Assembly (NCBI GenBank): GCA_027488755.1
Contig: JAIYAZ010000003.1
Span: 702-64,701 of the forward strand
DNA: 64,000 bases
Direction: 5' to 3'
From: Verrucomicrobiaceae bacterium
GTDB lineage: Bacteria; Verrucomicrobiota; Verrucomicrobiia; Chthoniobacterales; JAATET01
Shown in pieces: positions 36,501 to 43,666 of this stretch. The notes beneath the pieces are model-generated. The model was not told where the DNA came from. It made no database searches and saw only the letters and a list, made by a program, of their open reading frames with translations. Made by a program: the position numbers and the translations under genes. Each line of letters starts with the position of its first letter. The first letter of the stretch is position 1.

Positions 36501-37855
36501 TGGTTCCGCAGCTTTTTCCATTCGGTCTCCAGAGCGGCGCGCCAGGCGGCCAACCGGTCGGCGGGAGGATCGGCCTCCATCACGTCGAAAAACGTATCCC
36601 CTTCGGGCACGGCGGCGGTCACCGGCAGGCCGACCTCGTCGGCGACGCGGGCAAACTCGGGGCGCGTCTCTGGTTTGCCCCGGTTCGCATGCGGCTCGGG
36701 CCAGTCGTAACCGACGTTGAAGCCCGTGGCGATATGGGTCTGCATCGCCCGGCGCAGCACGTCGTCCGGCATGGCGACGCCGGAGAAGTTGAACCCCCGC
36801 AGGCGGAAGTTGAACGGCTGCTCGTTCAGGAGAAACTGGCGGCCCGAAATGCGAAACTCACGAAACCCGAAACGCTCGCTGATGGCATCCTGCGGAGCGG
36901 CGGCCCCCTTGGGGGTGAGGGCGACTTCGAGCGTGTAGAGGTTCGGCTGGAGGAAATCCCAGAGCTTCGGGTCGGCCCAGGGCAGGTGCAGATCCCGGAG
37001 GGTGGTCGCGTTGCCCAGCGTCACGTCGAGCGACCAGGTTTTCGCCTCCGGGCCGGAGGGCCACTCGCGCGCCGAGGCGGTGAGCGTGTAGGGGCCGGGC
37101 GGCCACTCCCCCGCGAGGTCCACATCAAGCAGAAGCTCCTTTTGCCGCACGGAGGGTTTGATGAACAGGCCATCCAAGTGCGCCCCGAGCGGTCGCGCGG
37201 CGAGCACAACGTCGCCGGTGAGCCCGCGCGTCTCCAGCGAGGCGCGCTGCGTGACGGGGCGGTCGGCGTCCATGAAGGTTTTCACGTCGCCTTCGTCGGG
37301 CGTGGCGACGACCAGGAGGGTCAGCGTGCTCGTGACCCCGGGGCGAACCGCCGTCGTGAGATCGACCTCGCCGCCGGGCCAGTGGATTTCCCCGACGGGC
37401 CGGCCGTCCACCAGCACTTTCGCGTCGGTGCTCAACCGGGAAACCTCCAGCCGGATGTCCCGCCCGGACCAGCCGGCCGGGACCTGGATCTCCCGCTGAT
37501 ACCAGGCGCGCTCCACCCCGGGCAGCACGGTGCCCGCGAAGGAGGCGTTCGGCGTTTCGAGTTTGAGTCCGTTCCACGCCCCGCCCGAGCCCAACGCCAG
37601 CGGGCCGGGCAGAAAATTTAGCGGGAAGCCGACGCGGTCCCACACGCCCGGCACCCGGATTGCGCCCCACTGCCCGGGCTGCGGCGTCGTGGCGGCGGGG
37701 CCGCGGGCCGGCTGGAACAACCAGATGCCATTGAGCACGATCTCGGCCCGGCTCGGCGAGAGCACCTTCTCGGGGCCCTGGGCCGTGGGCGCGGTGGACT
37801 CGGCGTGGGCCGGGAGGGCGGCAAGGAGGAGGAGAGGAAGAAGGAGGCGTTTCAT
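33530..37855 (-). CDS. Secreted 1441-aa GH2-like protein (paralog of 44273..48493), acid/base Glu replaced
   Basis: Signal peptide MKRLLLPLLLLAALPAHA. GH2 N-domain (WYQREIQVPAGWSGRDIRLEVSRLSTDAKVLVDGRPVG). FGFREFRISGRQFLLNEQPF. LRNHPSVLVLTFQGNRFSHG aligns to LacZ [19 protein letters not shown]. AVEF aligns to the nucleophile region. C-terminal galactose-binding-like domain. Ends RYYRW. Confidence 0.8.
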   Translation of the reverse strand: MKRLLLPLLLLAALPAHAESTAPTAQGPEKVLSPSRAEIVLNGIWLFQPARGPAATTPQPGQWGAIRVPGVWDRVGFPLNFLPGPLALGSGGAWNGLKLETPNASFAGTVLPGVERAWYQREIQVPAGWSGRDIRLEVSRLSTDAKVLVDGRPVGEIHWPGGEVDLTTAVRPGVTSTLTLLVVATPDEGDVKTFMDADRPVTQRASLETRGLTGDVVLAARPLGAHLDGLFIKPSVRQKELLLDVDLAGEWPPGPYTLTASAREWPSGPEAKTWSLDVTLGNATTLRDLHLPWADPKLWDFLQPNLYTLEVALTPKGAAAPQDAISERFGFREFRISGRQFLLNEQPFNFRLRGFNFSGVAMPDDVLRRAMQTHIATGFNVGYDWPEPHANRGKPETRPEFARVADEVGLPVTAAVPEGDTFFDVMEADPPADRLAAWRAALETEWKKLRNHPSVLVLTFQGNRFSHGDDQNPHRIGQTKNLPLNPANDRDLAAPRKLLAAIKELDPTRPVTSHHSAIGDYHTSNNYLNMHPLQERQDWLSAWAKSGDVPFSAVEFDPPFPGTLNRGRNSHISESTTEPLVTEHSAAYFGLEAYTGEDAAYRAAIPGWFVSGQDYKGVSIGGTEGFQKFAPFWIRETWVPWRLWGISGGMWAWSDAHGWERAPGADNAYSLPAWQPGQRGPWVPQVLNRSVPFAPEAYTARPSGEALIAANSPTVAAIVGFEADSAEPGHGFTNHTHHVEAGATLTKQIGLLNDTRAPQPYTATVKVSLAGQLVMTKDFSGELPVGVPTFLPFDIATPAGDQRAEGRIELDAKIGSETHRDEFTFRVYPKPAPPAPGAGLLVWDPEGDTTKLLASLGYATRPWDGKPGAAALVVGRRALAKGTPPGDLAAFAAAGGTVVIAGQDPDWLRENTPFRTNRYVARRLWPVPTQTAHPILAGLDGEDFRDWSGAGTLVAPEKNTELVKTEKRFPEYGWRWGNRGSVASMMIEKPHRTAWTPLLEGEFDLAYTPLMERPHGRGRILWNGLDLEGRDDPAARLVARRIFDYARSARPAAATPRPVLIGAAGAPLAQALGLLCVSGTALPAPGTLAVLGPDARVADSALGAFLDRGGHVLVLPRPAGKLPFGLVASAGIYGRQKSLPDWPELRGLSLSDVRVKTDATLPLITAPDKVRGIEVALEGGVARVTRGTGSAILWQLDPAALAAEEKTYYRYSSWRWTRALAQVAANLGGIFAQDAAPFRQTIQSTAEVSLAGEWKYLVEGTWPPAPNPTDVRIDQGPPSGLAKTYSQPGFRATDWKPVALPGELDRVDAQLKNKTWAVWLRKEIDVPAALAGQPLLLELGPIDDFEEVWLNGARIGATSSDTASWWALPRSYPVRPGFAVAGRNVVLVRLYNQFGTGGFNAASSRQMALRLKDAPEPEGPYVPGFRKDHPLGDDPARYYRW

Positions 37856-37993
37856 GGGGAAAAGGGAGAAAGGACGGGGGCCTCCCCCATCGACGGGGCG
37901 ACGAGGGAGCGGAAAGAGGCGGAAATTTTGTCAGGGGGGAGCAGCCGACCGGCCCCGACGGGCGGGGGCGGGATCGCGGAGACGTGGGTGGAA

Positions 37994-38584
37994 TCAGTCC
38001 GCCAGCACTTCGAGGTCGTCGAAGTCGATGGTGCCGCTGGCTCCCCAGGTGCCCAACTCGATCCGGATCTGCTCGGCCCCTTTCGGCACCTTGAACGTGC
38101 CCGAAACCGGCTTCCACTCGGCGAGCGGCACCTTGGTGGCGTGGAGGACGTCGGACCGCAGGATATTCTCCCCTTCGATCTGCTCCCCGAGCCAGTTGAC
38201 AATCACCCGCGCATCGTGCCAGGGCTCGCTCCCCACCTTGAAATCATCACTGGTGCGAACCCTGAATTTGACGGTGATTTCCCGCCAGGCCGGCGCGACC
38301 GGAATCGTGGGTTTGGTGGACCAGACCGCGATGCGCTTGCCCGCCGTTTCCTTTAACTCGACGCGGATGAACTTGCCGCCGCGGTCGCTTTCCCAAACGA
38401 CCTTGTTGCGGTGGTTGCCCCCCACAAACCCCCCACCGGTAAAGCCCTCGGGCTCGCCCCCCTTGCCTTTTTCGAAGGTCCCCTCGGGAAGCACGTTTAC
38501 CGGTTGACCGGCAATCACCGGGCTGACGCCAAGAACAAAACCAAGGCCGAGGCAAAGGAACGGGAGGGAAGGGGCAATCTTCAT
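37994..38584 (-). CDS. Small secreted CBM_4_9-like beta-sandwich protein (paralog of 43667..44248)
   Basis: 196 aa with signal peptide MKIAPSLPFLCLGLGFVLGVSPVIAG. NVLPEGTFE...PEGF opening typical of CBM4/9/22-type modules. Ends GTIDFDDLEVLAD. Confidence 0.65.
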   Translation of the reverse strand: MKIAPSLPFLCLGLGFVLGVSPVIAGQPVNVLPEGTFEKGKGGEPEGFTGGGFVGGNHRNKVVWESDRGGKFIRVELKETAGKRIAVWSTKPTIPVAPAWREITVKFRVRTSDDFKVGSEPWHDARVIVNWLGEQIEGENILRSDVLHATKVPLAEWKPVSGTFKVPKGAEQIRIELGTWGASGTIDFDDLEVLAD

Positions 38585-38657
38585 GGAAGGATGGGGATAG
38601 GTTGGAGGAAACCTCGGATATTACCCGCGCCCCGTAATCTCCACAGGTCGAAAGTGG

Positions 38658-38671
38658 GTAAACACGTTTAT
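38658..38671. promoter_or_regulatory. LacI/GalR-type operator candidate
   Basis: gtaaacacgtttat, 74 nt upstream of the CBM-like/GH2-like module 1 (start 38584, minus strand). Confidence 0.5.
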
Positions 38672-38676
38672 CCATT

Positions 38677-38782
38677 CCCCCTTTCGCCCCCCAGGCTGAT
38701 GAATGGGTCGCGAACGGGGGAAGGCAAGGGAGCATGGGCGTCCCGCCCGTGCCCTCTTTGATGCCCCTTTGATGGGTGGCCT
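38677..38782 (+). repeat. Direct repeat copy A flanking the TA islet (contains a degenerate REP-like hairpin)
   Basis: Blocks shared with copy B, in order: ccccctttc, atgaatgggtcgc, ggggga-gcaaggg, gggcgtcccgcc, cccctttgatgg, cct. The inner hairpin gggagcatgggcg-tcc-cgcccgtgccctc resembles the element at 33430. The repeat ends at the toxin stop codon. Confidence 0.55.
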
Positions 38783-39032
38783 ACGTGATGCGGTCGTAAC
38801 TGCCGTGGGGGCCAATCCACCACCAAAGCAAACCCACGGGGTGATCCTTGGCGAGAGCCCGGTCATGCAAGCCCACCCGTGCCGACCAAAACTCGCCCAC
38901 CTTTTTGAGTCGGACGGACGAATGGCGGGGATCCGTCTTAAGCCGTTGGAAGTTTTTGTCAGCGAGGTCCCGGATCGCCTCAGGTAACTGCTGGTCATGG
39001 AACCAGAACTCCGAAGTCGCGAAATGCTTCAA
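38781..39032 (-). CDS. ParE/RelE-superfamily toxin-like protein (ParE-like toxin type)
   Basis: 83 aa with a TTG start. FW...LPEAIRDLADKNFQRLKTDPRHSSVRLKKVGEFWSARVGLHDRALA...LLWWWIGPHGSYDRI matches the pattern I recall for ParE-like toxins (NP-HPSL-KKV...WS-R-G--YRAL...W-WIG-H-EYD). Confidence 0.65.
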   Translation of the reverse strand: MKHFATSEFWFHDQQLPEAIRDLADKNFQRLKTDPRHSSVRLKKVGEFWSARVGLHDRALAKDHPVGLLWWWIGPHGSYDRIT

Positions 39033-39190
39033 AGCGGTTTGCAGCGTCCAGCCTCGAACGCTGCTTCCGCGCGCTTGCCGGCGGCGTCGAAACGACCCGC
39101 CAGAATGTCGGCCTCAATCTGGCGGTCCCACTGGTCGGCGGCATACGCCGCGAACCACGCGGAGAGCCGCGAAAGTTCCTCCGCCGACAA
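39029..39190 (-). CDS. Short antitoxin candidate for the ParE-like toxin
   Basis: Not in the track (<60 aa). The rc of 39190 downward reads (TTG)SAEELSRLSAWFAAYAADQWDRQIEADILAGRFDAAGKRAEAAFEAGRCKPL-stop. 4-nt TTGA overlap with the toxin start. Resembles the C-terminal two thirds of antitoxins paired with ParE-like toxins. An in-frame TGA lies a few codons upstream. Confidence 0.45.
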   Translation of the reverse strand: MSAEELSRLSAWFAAYAADQWDRQIEADILAGRFDAAGKRAEAAFEAGRCKPL

Positions 39191-39234
39191 GCGAGGAATC
39201 GTCCGCGATCAGGAATCGCCACTTGCTTCCGGCG

Positions 39235-39270
39235 TGCTTCCTGCCCGCGCAGCGGGATCAGCAGGAAGCA
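39235..39270. promoter_or_regulatory. Long bulged hairpin/palindrome between the two TA-like pairs
   Basis: tgcttcctgcccgc-gca-gcggg(atca)gcaggaagca: a 14-bp stem with a 4-nt bulge, 45 nt upstream of the antitoxin candidate start. Could be an operator or a terminator. Confidence 0.35.
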
Positions 39271-39320
39271 TGTCAGAAGTCCCGAAGGGATGGCGATGTG
39301 CTGCATCGCTCCGATGGGCT

Positions 39321-39563
39321 TTATATTTGATTCTGGCCGTAGTCGCCTGCCAGCAGACCTCGAAAAGACAGATCTTCATCAAGATCGGGCCAATGCAGGC
39401 CGAAAGGAGACACCTCGATATTGTTCAGTTGATCAGCGGTGCCCTTGGCAAGTCGCGGGTTGCGACTGACTGGAAAACGCACCTCCACACCACTGTCCAT
39501 CGTGATCACAATGTGACCGTCTCTGAATGCGGTTGCTTTCGCGGTATCAACCAAGGTGTTCAT
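39321..39563 (-). CDS. DUF2442 family protein (putative antitoxin-like partner of DUF4160)
   Basis: Internal Met of ORF 39321..39602: MNTLVDTAKATAFRDGHIVITMDSGVEVRFPVSRNPRLAKGTADQLNNIEVSPFGLHWPDLDEDLSFRGLL. The HWPDLDEDLS motif is typical of DUF2442. 17-nt overlap with the upstream gene. Confidence 0.7.
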   Translation of the reverse strand: MNTLVDTAKATAFRDGHIVITMDSGVEVRFPVSRNPRLAKGTADQLNNIEVSPFGLHWPDLDEDLSFRGLLAGDYGQNQI

Positions 39564-39780
39564 GCCAAGCCGCAATAATAATCGTTCTATTTTCTTCCGC
39601 AAGCTCCTCTGCGCGGGCGAGTTCCCTCACCTTAAAACCGACGGACTCCCTCAACTCTACGGCGTCTTCCACATTGAAAATTGCTTCCCCGTTGCCCTTG
39701 CGGACGTGGACATGGATCGGGCGGTGGTCGTTGGTGTAAAACGCAAACTTGAAGCCTTCCTTCTCGAAAACCAGTGGCAT
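39547..39780 (-). CDS. DUF4160 family protein (putative toxin-like partner of DUF2442)
   Basis: 77 aa. MPLVFEKEGFKFAFYTNDHRPIHVHVRKGNGEAIF...AEELAEENRTIIIAAWHEHLG, with the typical F-FY-N-H-P-HVHV core and the W-E-(F/L)-G C-terminus. Confidence 0.7.
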   Translation of the reverse strand: MPLVFEKEGFKFAFYTNDHRPIHVHVRKGNGEAIFNVEDAVELRESVGFKVRELARAEELAEENRTIIIAAWHEHLG

Positions 39781-39867
39781 ACTGGAATGCTATGGCGACA
39801 GGCAAGAAAGGCGATATTTTTGTGCCCATCGCGGATTCGATTTCCTGGACGCGCATGCGCGGAAGGT

Positions 39868-40012
39868 CCCCCTTTCCCGAGGGCGTTTTCAAATGAATGG
39901 GTCGCAGAGGCGATCGACTCGGGGGGACGCAAGGGGGCCGGGGCGTCCCGCCGATGTTCGTCACCCCCTTACCCGGGCGGGACGCCGGGCCCCTTTGATG
40001 GCCCCCTAGGCC
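39868..40012 (+). repeat. Direct repeat copy B flanking the TA islet
   Basis: Same ordered blocks as copy A with extra internal sequence. Contains the inverted repeat ggcgtcccgcc ... ggcgggacgcc. Confidence 0.55.
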
Positions 40013-40108
40013 TTGACCTCTCCCCAGGTCCATTGGGGGGAGAAAGGCAAAGGCCGCTCCCGGGGAGGGAGCGGCCTTGCGAAGGGACGGTTGGTTTTCG
40101 GGGAAAAC

Positions 40109-42271
40109 CTAGCTGCGGTGCGCCAGTTGGCGGCGGCGGAAGAACACGATGCCCAAGAGGAGGCCGAAGATGGCAACCGCGAATTCATGCGGCTCGGGGA
40201 TGGCGGTAAGCTCGAAACCAATCGAGTTGGGATTGTAAACCAAGTTGCCCGCCCAGCCAGAGGGGAGAGTGCCGAGGCCGAGGCCGGAGGAGATACCGGA
40301 GGCCGTCGCCGTAATGCCACCATCGCTGTAGAAGTCAAAGATCGTGTAGGTGGTCCCGACCGTCGCGCCCGCAATGAAGTTGATGTTCACGGTGTTCGTG
40401 TTTCGCACGAAGTCGCCGGCACCGACGTAGTTCCAGAAGCTGATCTTGTCGGCAGTGGCCCCGATATCGAACGTAAACGTCGTGCCCGAGGCCATGTTCA
40501 GGATCGCACCGATTGTTGCGCCGCCATCAAGTTTGAGGGCACCAATGGTTCCATTTCCACCGGCCGCGACCACGCCGGAACTGGTGACCGCAATCGCGAC
40601 AGTCGAACCGGTGGCGGCGCGAATCGTGCCATTGCCGCCAAGGGTGCCACCGTTAACGCTGTATGCACCGACCACACTGGCCGCGCCGTGCGTGCCGTTC
40701 ACGTCGAGGCGGCCCGCCGTCACCGTGGTGGTGCCGTTGTAGGTGTTGATGCCGGAGACGATGGTGGTGCCGACGACGCCGTTGCGGACGAGGTCGCCGT
40801 TGCCGGAGATGTTACCGGAGAAGGTCTGGGTGCCGCTGGTGTTGGCGAGGCGGAGGATGGATTGCGTCGACGATCCGTCCACGATGCCGATGTTGTTTTC
40901 CAGCGTGCCCGTGCCGCTGAGGATGATGGTGGCATTGCCGGTGTTCGCGCCGGTGGCATAACCGCCACCGCCAGCGCTGAAGACACCGTTGCCGCGGCCG
41001 ACGCCGATGTAACCGGCGGTGCCGGAACCGGAGTTGGTAAAGTTTCCGGTGATTTCGAAGGTCGAGCCGCCGGAGGTGGAGATGAATTGGGTGTGACCCG
41101 AGGCGGTGCGCTGGAAGTTGAGTTCGCTGCCGATGGTCACGGCTGCACCGTTGGTCATGCCACCCTGGAGGGCGACGCCGTTGGTGCTGTTCTGCGGATT
41201 GAAGACAATGGTGGATCCGGTGGCCAGCGCGTCCGTGACGCGGGTTTGAATCTGGCCGTCTTGAATCTCCACCGTGCCGGTGAAGCCGGTGTTGGCGAAG
41301 TTGAGAGCGACTTGACGAAGTCCGCCAGAGTTGCCGCCGACCTTAACCAAGCGGCCCGAGCCGGTGAGATCGCCATTTGCGTCGCCGAAGTTCATGGGGC
41401 GGTTGGCCGTATCGATTCGCAGGACGCGGCCAGAGGCAATGTTCAGCGTGTTGCCGAGCACGTTGGTCGTCGTATCGGTGTAGTCGTTGCTGAAAAAGGC
41501 ACCATTGGAGGAGATCATGGCGGCGAGGTTGTCGTTCGTGGTGCTGTCGCTCGCCACGGAAATCGTGCCGGTGCCGAGGATGCCCCCGCCGCCGGTGCCG
41601 GAGTAGTTGGCATTGGTTGAGCTGAGCTGGACGGTGGCGGCCCGCTGGATGCTGGTGCCACCGGAGAAGGTGCTGCCCGTGTTATTGAACGTCGTTTGGC
41701 GGGAGGTCGCGTTAGGGTTGGCGATGATGAACCCACCGCCGGAGCCGGAAATCAAACCGTCAAAACGGAGGGGTTGGACGGTGTTGCTGACCGTCCAGGT
41801 GTTGCCCTGAAGGTTGATCGCGCCGGTGAATTGGGCGGTCACTTGGGTGCCGCCGTTTCGGTCGCTGGTGGAGGTCAGGTTGTCGTTCAACTGGATGGCC
41901 GAGTTGATGACCATGGTCGAGCCGCTGCCGCCGGTGCGGAGGTTGAGCTGGGCGTTGCCGGAGGCGACGTCGAAGATGAGGCCGACGTTGCTGCCGATGG
42001 TCATGTCAAGATCAACGGCGGCGCTGTTGGTGCCGAAATTCAACGTGCCGACGGTGAAGTTCGAGGACACCGAAGCGGAGATCGTATAGGCCCCGACCGA
42101 AGTCAGATTGGTGATCGTCGCATTGGCGCCGGTGGCGTTCGGGATGGTGGCGGGACTCCAGTTGGAGCTGGTGTCCCAGTTGCCGCCGGTGGAGACGGTC
42201 CAGTTCTGGGCCTGAAGGGTGGCCACGGCGAGAAAAATCGCGGGCAGGCAGGTTAGGAGGCGGTGTTTCAT
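40109..42271 (-). CDS. PEP-CTERM-anchored autotransporter-associated beta-strand repeat protein
   Basis: 720 aa with signal peptide MKHRLLTCLPAIFLAVATLQAQ. NWTVSTGGNWDTSSNWSPATIPN opening and G/T/N-rich beta-helix repeats. C-terminus IPEPHEFAVAIFGLLLGIVFFRRRQL is a PEP motif, a TM helix and basic residues. Confidence 0.85.
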   Translation of the reverse strand: MKHRLLTCLPAIFLAVATLQAQNWTVSTGGNWDTSSNWSPATIPNATGANATITNLTSVGAYTISASVSSNFTVGTLNFGTNSAAVDLDMTIGSNVGLIFDVASGNAQLNLRTGGSGSTMVINSAIQLNDNLTSTSDRNGGTQVTAQFTGAINLQGNTWTVSNTVQPLRFDGLISGSGGGFIIANPNATSRQTTFNNTGSTFSGGTSIQRAATVQLSSTNANYSGTGGGGILGTGTISVASDSTTNDNLAAMISSNGAFFSNDYTDTTTNVLGNTLNIASGRVLRIDTANRPMNFGDANGDLTGSGRLVKVGGNSGGLRQVALNFANTGFTGTVEIQDGQIQTRVTDALATGSTIVFNPQNSTNGVALQGGMTNGAAVTIGSELNFQRTASGHTQFISTSGGSTFEITGNFTNSGSGTAGYIGVGRGNGVFSAGGGGYATGANTGNATIILSGTGTLENNIGIVDGSSTQSILRLANTSGTQTFSGNISGNGDLVRNGVVGTTIVSGINTYNGTTTVTAGRLDVNGTHGAASVVGAYSVNGGTLGGNGTIRAATGSTVAIAVTSSGVVAAGGNGTIGALKLDGGATIGAILNMASGTTFTFDIGATADKISFWNYVGAGDFVRNTNTVNINFIAGATVGTTYTIFDFYSDGGITATASGISSGLGLGTLPSGWAGNLVYNPNSIGFELTAIPEPHEFAVAIFGLLLGIVFFRRRQLAHRS

Positions 42272-42367
42272 CAGCGTGTTATAGGGGTTGGCGAATTGAA
42301 GTAAGAGAAAAGGCGTAGGACAACCGCACTAGATGATCCCAGCTTCAAAAGCACAATCCCCGTCGAT

Positions 42368-42381
42368 ATAAACAGGTTTAC
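42368..42381. promoter_or_regulatory. LacI/GalR-type operator candidate
   Basis: ataaacaggtttac, 97 nt upstream of the PEP-CTERM gene (start 42271, minus strand). Confidence 0.5.
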
Positions 42382-42502
42382 TTAACAGGTAGAAAATTAT
42401 GAGAAACCGAATCTCTCGCGCATTGCGCCGGGTTTTCCGGGTGCGTGAGAGCCAGAGAGACGTATTTTTCCGACTTGCAACTGGACAATCGAGCGGGATG
42501 AG

Positions 42503-42516
42503 GTAAACGCGTTCTC
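42503..42516. promoter_or_regulatory. LacI/GalR-type operator candidate (possible autoregulation)
   Basis: gtaaacgcgttctc ending 5 nt before the LacI start at 42521. Confidence 0.5.
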
Positions 42517-42520
42517 TTAT

Positions 42521-43600
42521 ATGAGTGAAGTTACGCTCCGGCAGATCGCCGTCGCCACAGGTGCCAGTTTGACGACCGTTTCGTTTGCACTACGGGATTC
42601 GCCGAAGGTATCGGCCGCCAAACGGGAAATGATCAAGGAAACCGCCCGGCGGCTCGGATATCGACCCAACCCGCTTGTGACCGCCGCAATGTCGCGCATG
42701 CGGGCCGCACGTCCGACAAATTACCAATCGACTCTGGGCTGGGTGAATGACCACCCCGACCCGCAGCGCTGGCGAAACGACCCAGTGTATCTTGGGGCGG
42801 CGCGACGCGCGCGGGAGCTCGGCTACGTCTTGGATGAATTTTATCTCGACGAGATTCGCAACGATGAACCGTCGGCCAACGTGCGGCGGTTTTGCCAGAT
42901 CGCGCGGGCCCGGGGCATCCACGGCCTGTTGCTGCCCGAGCTGTGGCGTTCGCACCATGCCGCCGAGGAATGGCCCGACCTCGCGGTGGTGGTGATCGGC
43001 CGGGTCTGCGGGGATTTGCGCCGCTCGACCGTGCGGGGGGCCTCGATGTATTGCCCCCTGCATAGCGTGACGAGCGACCATTTTTTCAACATGCGCCTCG
43101 CGTTTGATGCGCTGCGGGAACGCGGGTATGGCCGCATTGGCCTGGTCATCAGCAACTGGCTCAACGATCACAACGACAACCAGACGCGGGCAGCCTTCGT
43201 CGAGTTCTCGCAGAACATACCGGCCGCGAACCGCATTGCTCCACTTCTGCTCGATCACGTGCTGACCCGGCAGCCACCGCCGGTCTTCGGGCGCTGGCTG
43301 GAAAAATGGCGGCCGGACGTGATTCTATGCGCGAACTGGCAGGTGCGCGAGTGGGTCGAGCACCTCACCCGGCGAAATGATTTGGAGATCGGTATGGCAC
43401 ACATCGGGTTGGGCGCCACGGAGAAGGAATGGAGCGGCATCGACCCGCGAAACGAAATGATCGGGGCCTCCGCCCTGGACATCCTGGCCGCGCACCTCCA
43501 AAGAAACGAACGGGGCACACCGCCCTATCCCAAGCAGGTGAACGTGCCGGGAATCTGGGTGGATGGATCCACCACCCGCGGCTTGGCGGCGGGAAAGTAA
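42521..43600 (+). CDS. LacI family transcriptional regulator
   Basis: 359 aa. HTH VTLRQIAVATGASLTTVSFALRDSPKVSAAKREMIKETARRLGYRPN. Confidence 0.85.
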   Translation: MSEVTLRQIAVATGASLTTVSFALRDSPKVSAAKREMIKETARRLGYRPNPLVTAAMSRMRAARPTNYQSTLGWVNDHPDPQRWRNDPVYLGAARRARELGYVLDEFYLDEIRNDEPSANVRRFCQIARARGIHGLLLPELWRSHHAAEEWPDLAVVVIGRVCGDLRRSTVRGASMYCPLHSVTSDHFFNMRLAFDALRERGYGRIGLVISNWLNDHNDNQTRAAFVEFSQNIPAANRIAPLLLDHVLTRQPPPVFGRWLEKWRPDVILCANWQVREWVEHLTRRNDLEIGMAHIGLGATEKEWSGIDPRNEMIGASALDILAAHLQRNERGTPPYPKQVNVPGIWVDGSTTRGLAAGK

Positions 43601-43610
43601 ACGCGTTATC
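43597..43610. promoter_or_regulatory. LacI/GalR-type operator candidate
   Basis: gtaaacgcgttatc, overlapping the LacI stop codon and 57 nt upstream of module 2 (43667). Confidence 0.5.
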
Positions 43611-43666
43611 CGGTTTGCGTCCAGGTTGAGCTTGGAGGAGCCGAAAACTGCGCCAAGTTTACGGGC

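Noticed and set aside
33485-37621. 1378-aa plus-strand ORF
   Set aside because: Antisense to the 1441-aa GH2-like gene. R/G/A/P-rich with no signal peptide or motifs. The opposite strand aligns to a paralog and to LacZ motifs.
38995-39306. 103-aa minus ORF over the antitoxin region
   Set aside because: R-rich with no motif. A different frame at the same place gives an antitoxin-like peptide with a typical 4-nt overlap to the toxin start.
38677-40012. Integron cassette array / attC interpretation of the structured repeats around the TA genes
   Set aside because: I could not find the R''/R' core sites (RYYYAAC / GTTRRRY) at the repeat ends. There is no intI-like gene in the window, and only two repeat copies are present. 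I keep it as a generic repeat-bounded islet instead.
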